DNA from: Octopus bimaculoides
Lineage: Eukaryota
Assembly (NCBI RefSeq): GCF_001194135.2
Contig: NC_068985.1
Location: 70,385,927 to 70,432,173 of the forward strand
Reading direction: 5' to 3'
Length of the DNA stretch: 46,247 nucleotides
Made by a program: the position numbers and the translations under genes. The notes under the pieces are model-generated. The model saw only the letters and a list, made by a program, of their open reading frames with translations. It was not told where the DNA came from and ran no database searches. Shown here one piece after another: positions 13,673 to 23,559 of this stretch (position 1 is the first letter of the stretch; every line of letters starts with the position of its first letter).

Positions 13673-13703
<31 letters not shown>

Positions 13704-13704
13704 A

Positions 13705-13735
<31 letters not shown>

Positions 13736-14570
13736 GTATATATCTACATATATATATATATATATATATATATCTATCTATCTATATATATATATATATA
13801 TATATANNNNNNNNNNNNNNNNNNNNNNNNNNNNNNNNNNNNNNNNNNNNNNNNNNNNNNNNNNNNNNNNNNNNNNNNNNNNNNNNNNNNNNNNNNNNNN
13901 NNNNNNNNNNNNNNNNNNNNNNNNNNNNNNNNNNNNNNNNNNNNNNNNNNNNNNNNNNNNNNNNNNNNNNNNNNNNNNNNNNNNNNNNNNNNNNNNNNNN
14001 NNNNNNNNNNNNNNNNNNNNNNNNNNNNNNNNNNNNNNNNNNNNNNNNNNNNNNNNNNNNNNNNNNNNNNNNNNNNNNNNNNNNNNNNNNNNNNNNNNNN
14101 NNNNNNNNNNNNNNNNNNNNNNNNNNNNNNNNNNNNNNNNNNNNNNNNNNNNNNNNNNNNNNNNNNNNNNNNNNNNNNNNNNNNNNNNNNNNNNNNNNNN
14201 NNNNNNNNNNNNNNNNNNNNNNNNNNNNNNNNNNNNNNNNNNNNNNNNNNNNNNNNNNNNNNNNNNNNNNNNNNNNNNNNNNNNNNNNNNNNNNNNNNNN
14301 NNNNNNNNNNNNNNNNNNNNNNNNNNNNNNNNNNNNNNNNNNNNNNNNNNNNNNNNNNNNNNNNNNNNNNNNNNNNNNNNNNNNNNNNNNNNNNNNNNNN
14401 NNNNNNNNNNNNNNNNNNNNNNNNNNNNNNNNNNNNNNNNNNNNNNNNNNNNNNNNNNNNNNNNNNNNNNNNNNNNNNNNNNNNNNNNNNNNNNNNNNNN
14501 NNNNNNNNNNNNNNNNNNNNNNNNNNNNNNNNNNNNNNNNNNNNNNNNNNNNNNNNNNNNNNNNNNNNNN

Positions 14571-14629
<59 letters not shown>

Positions 14630-15367
14630 CGTCTTTGTGTGTCCTTCTCTGTAAAAGTGTTTATTGATTAAATTATCACAAAAGACAAACGCAAGCTAGG
14701 AAACCATGATATAGTAGAATTACGACTGAAAATTAGGACATGCTTTTCTATTTTCGTTCGAGCTGCAAGCAGAATATATTAGCATAAATGTATACATTGC
14801 AATGTGCTTACTTGTATTGATGTGTGTGCATTACTATATCTGTATCGAGACTTCTGTGATGAAATATTGTATTCTACAGCTTTGGTTTTGATGGGTTTTT
14901 GACATATATATATATATTTTCTTTTTTTAATTTCTATTGTCGCGACTTTTCTGTGTTGTTTGCCTGATTTACAGTACAAACACACAGATGCTCACGCACA
15001 CGCACACAAACAGGCACATGTATACATAAACACTCATACAAGTGACTGCATGCGTACGTATACCTGTGAGTGTGTATATGCGTATGTTGATGTGTGTTTT
15101 TGTTTAAAAGTACAATGAGGGTGACATACTTCCATAAAACACCCATCCACATAATCACACATGACTAGGTATCTATATATTCATTAATTCATTTCAATCT
15201 ACTGTTTCACCATATTGCCACTCCGTCTTTGGCGTCGAATGCAGAAATGAATGAAACTGAGAGAAACAGTAAATTCAGAATAGCAAGAGATTGTGGATTT
15301 ATGTGCATATGTGGGAAGAAATTAATGCACATGACAATATCTATTCAGAATTTTCTTTTGAATAGCG

Positions 15368-15415
<48 letters not shown>

Positions 15416-15439
15416 AGAAAGAAGAGAAGAATGAAAGAC

Positions 15440-15478
<39 letters not shown>

Positions 15479-15559
15479 ATGAAAGAAAGAAAGAGACATG
15501 TATATATATAAACATATATATGCTTAGATAGAAGCATAAGTATACATATGTATTCACAT

Positions 15560-15576
15560 ATAATAATAATAATAAT

Positions 15577-15635
<59 letters not shown>

Positions 15636-15685
15636 TAACAATAATAACAACAACGACAACAACAACAACAACAACAATAATAATA
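15560..15685. repeat. (AAT/AAC)n microsatellite, left edge of the retroelement nest
   Basis: Read directly from the sequence. Confidence 0.95.
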
Positions 15686-15699
15686 AATGCAAAATAAAT

Positions 15700-16502
15700 A
15701 GACAGAGATAATCCCAGCAATGTTTGAGAAGCTCAGGACTCAAAGCAGAGAGTGAAGGATGTTTAATTGTTGCACAAGACCAAAGTCTCCCCACCAGAAA
15801 TTACCAAAAATACATAATGAAAAGAAACATAACAAGTAACTGCAGAATATGTGGAGATGGACAAGAAACAATAAATCATATTATCTCTGGCTGCCCAGTC
15901 CTGGCTAAGAAGGAATATATTCACAGACATGACAGAGCTGGGACCTATATACACTGGAAGCTATGCCAACACTATGGAATAACAACAGAAAAAAGATTGT
16001 ATAAACACACGCCAGAAAAGGTCACAGAAAACGAGAAAGCAACCAAACTCTGGGATATGCCAATACCCACAGATAGAGAAATTAAGGCCAATAGGCCAAA
16101 TATAGTTGTTAGAGATCGTGAAGAAAAAAATGCTTTCTAATTGATGTATCAATACCAGCAGATAACAACTTTCCCTAAAAGAAATGGAAAACTTTCAAAA
16201 TACGAAGACCTGGAAATAGAGGTAACTCGAATGTGGAATCTAAAAACAGAAACAATTCCTATCATAGTAGGCGTCTTAGGTATGATAAAAAAATTATTCA
16301 GACAAATACATAACAAAAACACCAGCACTTACAAATATATATAACATACAGAAAATAGCACTACTGGGCACTGCACACATCCTACTCAAAACACTTTCAA
16401 TACAGTAACCATAAGAGCATCACAGCAAACCACAACACATACCAAAGGCACACAGAGCTGCGCTCGGTAGTGAAGTGAAAGCACGCTATAAAAATAAAAC
16501 TA

Positions 16503-16505
<3 letters not shown>
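15700..16505 (+). mobile_element. 5'-truncated R4/Dong-like non-LTR retrotransposon (restriction-like endonuclease), copy 1
   Basis: CCHC knuckle CRICGDGQETINHIISGC, RHD, RPNIVV (PD motif), LIDVSIP after a frameshift, KLSKYEDL and C-terminal QKIALLGTAHIL. Short 3' UTR then a (TAA)n tail. Confidence 0.92.
15724..16408 (+). pseudogene. RLE retrotransposon zinc knuckle and endonuclease domain, frameshifted
   Basis: ORFs 15724..16140 and 16141..16344, plus a terminal frame ending TLSIQ* at 16408. Confidence 0.9.
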
Positions 16506-16581
<76 letters not shown>

Positions 16582-16614
16582 TTAACAACAACAACAATAA
16601 TAATAATAATAATG

Positions 16615-16651
<37 letters not shown>

Positions 16652-16740
16652 TAATAATAATGATAATAATAATGATAATATTGATAGTAATAATAATAAA
16701 AATAATAATAATAATAACAATAAAAATAATAATAATAATA
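16506..16740. repeat. Compound (AAT)n/(AAC)n/(GAT)n array
   Basis: Read directly; it is both the tail of copy 1 and the left flank of copy 2. Confidence 0.95.
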
Positions 16741-17223
16741 AGGGACTGACAAGTTTAGAAGACTGTGTGCGTATCGAACTCGAGAGATTAATGTGCCAAA
16801 AATATAGAAGAAAAATAACCTAAATAGAGACCTGGATTCAACAATGAACCCTAATAAACTAGCTAACATACGAAGATATACTCTCAAAGCATAAACAAAA
16901 TATCAGAAATAGAAATACAACAATTGAAAGGAAAATCACAACAGGAAAATCTAGATAGTAGCCACACAGCAATGCCAAATAATAATATAGACACTAAGAT
17001 AGTAAAACACGAAGACAGACGTAACATTTCCACCAACAACGAAGTAAAACAAAGATATATAACATACAGAAAATTGCACTACTGGGCACTGCACACATCC
17101 TACGCAAAACACTTTCAATACAGTAACCATAAGAGCATCACAGCAAACCACAGCATATACCCAAGGCATACAGAGCTGCGCTCGGTAGTGAAGTGAAAGC
17201 GCGTTATAAAAATAAAACTACTG
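16741..17223 (+). mobile_element. R4/Dong-like copy 2, deleted and rearranged
   Basis: 17061-17223 closely matches the 3' end of copy 1. Upstream frames give GLTSLEDCVRIELERL (RT thumb-like) followed by LANIRRYTLK (N-terminal-like, compare LANVRRYILRE near 18290). Confidence 0.85.
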
Positions 17224-17289
17224 AATATTAATGATAATAACAACAATAATAATGATAATAATAATAATATTAATAATAATAATAATAAT

Positions 17290-17363
<74 letters not shown>

Positions 17364-17364
17364 T

Positions 17365-17924
17365 AAATGCCCTGATGCAATACCAGGTAGTGACTCTCGT
17401 GGCTTCTGATCTTAACGAATTGGATGTGTTTTCATGTACATGATTTTGTCTTGGTATGAAAGATGGGCAACAGCAAATATTCTGCTCAATAGCACAAATT
17501 TGCTAGTCAGTTTTTTTTTACCTTAACCAGTTGAGCATGTCCCTTAGTGGCTGACGATATGTGCATCTTTGATCACGAGTAGAAGTAGCTGGGGATCACC
17601 ATAGCCATTTGTTGAGAGGAATTCTCTGGTGTTTGGACAATTCACCTTTGGAAACATGGGCTTTTCGTTTAATATGCTTAAACAACCCTTATTCAGGGAC
17701 TTTTGAGTGGGATGGGCCATTCGACCAGAATAAAGTTTTAACTGGGCCCCACCAGCAAGATCATGCACTATTTATCTTGATATGTGGTCACCATGTCGCG
17801 CGCATGTGGTTGTGATGCATGTGCCTAGCGTACCCTTATCAGACGGGTAGTCATGATGGGTATACTGGGCTTCGTATATTTTACACCAGTGTCACTTTGA
17901 TGTCAATAATCTGCTCTCTCACTC
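17365..17924. mobile_element. Orphan ~560 bp interspersed repeat bounded by (AAT)n at both ends, copy A
   Basis: Its reverse complement aligns with 22480-22954. No ORF or pol III boxes recognised. Confidence 0.85.
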
Positions 17925-17928
17925 AATA

Positions 17929-18023
<95 letters not shown>

Positions 18024-18024
<1 letters not shown>

Positions 18025-19966
18025 GAGGTGAATTTCGATCTGCGTGTCTCAGGCGATCATGGTACGAAAGAAACCGTTACACGCATCCAGAAACGGTGTT
18101 CTGCCACTGAAGAGACAGATCTCTTTCTTCTTGTCACTGCCCAGCGAAAAGGAAAACCAAAGAGAACGGTGAACAGACTACGACTACATTGCAAAATGTT
18201 AACCGTAAAACACAAAAATAATGATAGAAACATATCAAATAATGAGAAGAAGATATGCTGATACAAGGAAAATAATTTCGGTAAATACTCTTGCGAATGT
18301 CCGCCGATATATCCTGCGAGAGGGAAAAGTATCCTAAACCGAATAAGAGAAACAAATAGAAAATAATACAAATTGAAAATAAAAAGAAAACACCTCACAA
18401 CTCGAAACATTGAGCTGCAATCAAGCAACATATCACATCAGACATTATATCTCCGAAAGCCCATAAGTCTCGTCAAAATAAAAGAAACACAACAGATGTA
18501 AGAATGTGTACAGCAAATAAAAGGCTACACAGCTACCAAAACCAAAAATAAATAGTACAGCACACCAAACCAACAACAGACATAGATAAGCAAAGGCTGA
18601 AACACAAAACATCAACAAACAAAATAACACACACCATGACAGACCAGCTGCAATCGACGATGGGGACGAACAGACAGAAGAAATAACAAAAATAGAACAA
18701 AAACATCACAAAGTCGATAAATATAGAGTCAGCGTAAACGTCTCACCAGACTACAAAAATTAAACAGCTCTGCGAAAGGATTAATAGATACACCAGAGCC
18801 CTACAAGAAATAATGATCGTATCAAAAGATTCCCTAGATATCAACAAACTGAACGGCCTGATCTACTCAACAGCTGTAGTGATATTCAGGGAAACTGGAC
18901 GTGAACCTTTCGATGATAAAAAGAATCGCAGCCAAATCTCAAACCTCAACATGGAAACAGAACATAATAACAAAATGAAAAGGAAAGAAAAACGAATGAA
19001 AGACTATCCTTACTCTATGAATTAGATAAAAAGGGATCAAACATAAACAATAAAAAGAAGACATATATAACGAAATATACAGGAAAAATAAAGAAAATAC
19101 CAGCAAGGTAAAATAAAAAAGTTAAGCAGGGTATAACAACGAAATACGGAAACGCTTCTTCAAAGAAAATAGAGAATTTTAAAAAAACACGAAAATATTT
19201 TACAGAAAGTTAAACAAAAAATACATCAATGGACGACATGGACACAACGATAACGTTCAGTGCATAAATAGGGAAATGGAAAGGAAGAGCAAAAGGGCAC
19301 CACGAATACGACCCACCATCACAAGCCAAGAAATTGCGGACACACAGAGGACTGCCAGCAGCTGGAAAATTCCAGGATTAGACAAGATCTCCAACTTGAG
19401 AATGAGAACCCAGGTTCGAAATTTCTCATGAAGGCTGGAGGGTTAATCGAAACGTTGTGTTAACAACAAACAAGATGAGGACAAATATCCGTCAAATGTA
19501 AATAATATAAATAATGTAGGAAACCAGACATTGTGTTAATTGAGAAAGAGAACAAACGATGCTGGATCATAGATATCGCATGCTCAGGAGGAAAGAAAAG
19601 TCGGTAGATATGACAGGTTTAGTTTGGGAGGTTAAGCAGTTGTGGTCGTTGGAAAAGGTGGTAGCAGTACCAAAAACTGCCGGAGCCCTGGGAACAGGTG
19701 TTCCAAGGTGAGCTCAGCGTGGACAGAAACCACACGTCGAGCAAAAGGGCAAAAGCTCGCTTGATCTTGAGAAGTACAAAGAACAAATAGGAGCTACAAT
19801 AAGGGTGGAGTACTTTCAGAAAACAGCACTGCTTGAAACCGCTCGAATACTCCGGATGGTGCTCGAAAAATAAGGTGTTTACTTAGTTCACTGGTAGTGA
19901 ACAACTGGCATCGTAATACATCCCCAGCGTTAGAAATTGTGCAACGACAATAATTAATAATGCTAA
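18024..19966 (+). mobile_element. R4/Dong-like RLE retrotransposon, second subfamily, most of RT deleted
   Basis: N-terminal LANVRRYILRE, INKLNGLIYSTAVV, RT start SWKIPGLDKISN, then RKPDIVLIEKENKRCWIIDIAC, GALGT and QKTALLETARILRMVLEK*. Short 3' UTR and a TAA-rich tail; preceded by (AAC)n. Confidence 0.88.
19695..19770 (+). rRNA. 76 nt fragment of large-subunit (28S) rRNA embedded in the retroelement; not a functional gene
   Basis: CAGGTGTTCCAAGGTGAGCTCAGCGTGGACAGAAACCACACGTCGAGCAAAAGGGCAAAAGCTCGCTTGATCTTGA aligns without gaps to the eukaryotic 28S domain V segment just 3' of the P-loop as I recall it. The last 32 nt (AAGGGCAAAAGCTCGCTTGATCTTGA plus flank) are the most conserved part. Needs BLAST confirmation. 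Confidence 0.88.
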
Positions 19967-22479
19967 TCATACTATAATGAGCGTAATGTCTGTCTGTCTG
20001 TACCCTTCTGACGGTCAAACGGCTGGACCAATGACCAAGATATTTTTCGGGATTACGAAGGAGGTAATCAGGCAGGTTTTTAGCGAACAAAAAAATGTGA
20101 AAAAGTATGATCATCTAGTGGATATTGAAGGTAATTTTTCAGTTTACGGCCGTAAACAAAGTAAATAAAAAAATTAAGGGGAGATAACTCGTAATATAAG
20201 AAGCAAAGGGAAGTATATCAACTTATTTCTCCACTGGATTACGTCAAAAGCTTTATTAAGGAATATTTGTGGTGGCTTTGGCGCATCTTTAAACGGTGAC
20301 TACTATGAATTTTGTCAATAACGATTGTATGCATGAAGTTGTATAATGCTTTATTAAATTTTCCTTCGTTCCACGCCATTATGACTTGGAAACGGAAATC
20401 AGGAATTGGTAGAACTACCAGGAAAGCTGCCGCTATAAAATGTAAGAGACAATCCAACAGTGAATACAGAGAAGTCCAACAGAATAAAGATACGGAAGCT
20501 CATAGAATTTTCGGTAATACAGAAGTAAGAGCGTCGGAATTGAGTAGGGATACGCTAGCTCATCAAATAGCACGGAGAAATCATTAAGTGATAGCTTCGG
20601 AACAGAGCAGGGACACTTTAGCTCGTCAAGTAACACCAAAAATCCTCAAGTGAGAGCTTCGGGCCAGATAAGAAACACTCTAGCTCACCGAAATTCAAGA
20701 CAAGTGCATATACAAGTGGGAGATAATGTTTTATTTTTACGCATACCAGCTGCAAGTAAGAACTAATTCGGATAATCATATTATGCGAAGGAGAAGACTT
20801 TTACAGCAATATGCTGTAGATCAGTGGGCGAATGTAGAACGGAGAAGGCTAAGGTGAGCGGAAATCCGTCAAACGATAATCAGAGCAGAAAAATACTCAG
20901 GGTGGCTTGATGCTGTCAACCAAACTGATACATGAATACCTGGAAGAAGAATTATTCTCCCACCAACCATCACCGGCAATCTAAGATTTTACAGCGAGAC
21001 CTTCCAAAACACAATGAATTAGTGAGAGCAATGGGAAAGTCAGATTACTTCATTACATTTACTACAAATCCAAAATGGACGGAGATACAGACCGTCCTAT
21101 TTCCAGGGGAGCATGCACAGGACCGACCTGATACTGCCTGTCAAGTATTCAAAATCAAGCTCGACACACTTCTCCATGATCTACTGAAAAAACACGTTCT
21201 GGGAAAAGTCGTCGCCTATACACTAATTATTGAATGGTATAAACGTAGCCTTACACACGCACATATACTGCTTATCATGGCTAATCATCATAAACCGACT
21301 GTTCCAGAACTCATATCCAACAAACACCGTGGTCCATGCGGTGCTATCAATCCCCGAAGTCCATGTATGGAAACCAGGAGAGACGGAGCTCGATGTACTA
21401 AGGTGTTTCGGAAACCCTTCCAGTCAGCCACCTACACACCGAGACATAGCTACCCGACGTATTGCAGAAGTCCAGTATACGGTGGAAGAACCAATAAAAT
21501 TTACTACGTTAAGGGTCAGACAGATTTAGTGGTGAGTTTTTTCTTCGATGAATTTTCTAGTGACATACACGGACGTTTACTTACGTTTAATATTTTCTTC
21601 ACCGGTCGACAATTCTTGGATAGTGCAATACAATCCGTATCTAACAGTAAAATACAATTCCCACATCAACGTCGTGGTCGTACACTCCGTCTAAGCAGCG
21701 AAGTGCTTATACAAATACATTACAAAAAGACAAGATCGAATCATCTTCTCAACATCGGAAATAAGACAGCCAATTCCTGTATTAAAAGAAATAGAAAACT
21801 TCCTAAGTGCTCGATACATCTCTGCAAGCGAACCATTCTGGAAGTTGTATGAATTTTTCATACACCAAAGGCATCCTACATTCGAAAAGCTACACTGTCA
21901 TTTACCTGATGAGCAGACTGTACGATTCGACCTGACTTCTGTCGCTGCGGCTGTAGAAAGAGGACCATCGATAACTAAACTGACAGCTTATTTTCAAACA
22001 AACACGACGAAAAAGCCCGACAGATTTTATACCAAGATTTTCCTAAATATTACACCTGGAACAATAAAACCGAGTCGTGGCAACACCGGAAACGATGTAC
22101 AACAGGTGATAGTGGTGACGTCAAAATTGATACTATCGGACGAATCCGAACCTTATCATATAGTGCTCATTAGTCAGAACTGTTTCACCTTCGGATACTC
22201 CTTCACCATATTAAAAGTGCGATTAGCTTTCCTGAACTGAAGACCGTGGAGGGACATGTATCTTCAACATTTGAGGAGGCATGTATGAAAACTCGACTGA
22301 TATCGGACGATCAAGAAATACACCGTGCAATGGAGGAAGCAGCCAATATTCACTTCGGAGATCCTTGCGCGACTTCTTCGCCATCATTTTAATTTACTAC
22401 CGGCCACCTGATCCGATGAACGTTTGGGAAGAGTGGAAAACTGAACTAGGACGAGACCTCGTGCAAAGAAACAACATTA
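19967..22479 (+). mobile_element. Helitron H3: 5' terminus plus decayed Rep (HUH) domain, 3'-truncated
   Basis: 5' end A|TCATACTATAATGAGCGTAATG(TCTG)n. Then a basic N-terminus (MTWKRKSGIGRTTRK), RRLLQQYAVDQWA, motif 1 DYFITFTTNPKW, motif 2 EWYKRSLTHAHILL, motif 3 KCLYKYITK in a shifted frame, and HQRHPTFEKLHCHLP. Confidence 0.93.
20523..20700 (+). repeat. Three ~63 bp degenerate tandem repeats in the Helitron N-terminal coding region
   Basis: AAGT(A/G)A(G/T)AGC(G/T)TCGG starts at 20523, 20586 and 20648. Confidence 0.8.
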
Positions 22480-22954
22480 GATAAGAGTACACCAGGCACA
22501 TGCATCACAACCATATGTGTGTGACGTGGTGATCTCATATCAAGATAAACACCGGATGACCTCGCAGGTGAGGCCCAGTTAGAATTTTCTTCAGGTAGAG
22601 TAGCCCATCCCGCTCAAAAGGTCCCTGAATAAGGTTTGTTTAAGGATGTTGAGCAAAACACCCTTGTTTCCAAAGGTGAATTATTCAAACCCCTAAAATT
22701 CCTCTCAACACATGGCTATGATGCTCCCCCACTATTTCTGCTCATGATCAGAGATGCACATATCGTCAGCCACCAAGGAAGGTGCTCAACTGGTTAATGT
22801 TAAACAACTGACAAGCAAATCTGTTGTATTGAGCAGAATATTTACTGTAGCCCATCTTTTTGTACCAAGACAAAACAATGTACATGATAACACTTTCAAT
22901 CAATTAAGATCAGAAGCCATGAGAGCCACTGCCTGGTACTGCATCCGGGCATTT
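22480..22954. mobile_element. Orphan interspersed repeat, copy B (inverted relative to 17365-17924, truncated at one end)
   Basis: Colinear similarity to the reverse complement of copy A. Followed by (ATT/ATC)n at 22955-23146. It marks the point where Helitron H3 stops. Confidence 0.85.
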
Positions 22955-22968
22955 ATTATTATTATTAC

Positions 22969-23019
<51 letters not shown>

Positions 23020-23035
23020 CATCATCATCATCATT

Positions 23036-23146
<111 letters not shown>

Positions 23147-23559
23147 TCTCAGAGTCTTTTATCACATACGCTGTAACCTCTTCAACGGCTTTCTGTCCCA
23201 CGTGTCTCCTATATATAAAAGTCACTGCCACTTGTTCTGTCAAAAGTGACAGCTTTTTCACTAATAAAATCTTTTTACTGTTTCATTGAATTATTTAATG
23301 ATACTTAAATTTAAAATGATAATACTGTATTTACCAAACTATTACACATGTATTTAGAAAACATAAAAAGAAATGCATGTAATTCTCCTTGGTTAAGGAA
23401 TCGCAGAGAAAAACCACTGTGTGAGACTATTTATGTATACATATTGCATGATGAACGTATGGACATATCTTAACATGTAATTGATATTATTTCAAAAGTT
23501 GTTTTATTACAATATGCATAGTTAAACAGCGATTTTCACTAAAATTTCCGTTTTTATCA

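Noticed and set aside
19420-19470. Active hammerhead ribozyme
   Set aside because: The core reads CUCAUGA, stem II is broken and no GUH cleavage triplet pairs with GAAAC. Reported only as a possible remnant.
19695-19770. Functional rRNA gene, or the native R2/R4 rDNA target site
   Set aside because: Only 76 nt, located inside the element rather than at its ends, and not the conserved target region.
20523-20700. CRISPR-like periodic repeats
   Set aside because: Degenerate ~63 bp coding repeats of a Helitron N-terminus, with no unique spacers and no cas genes.
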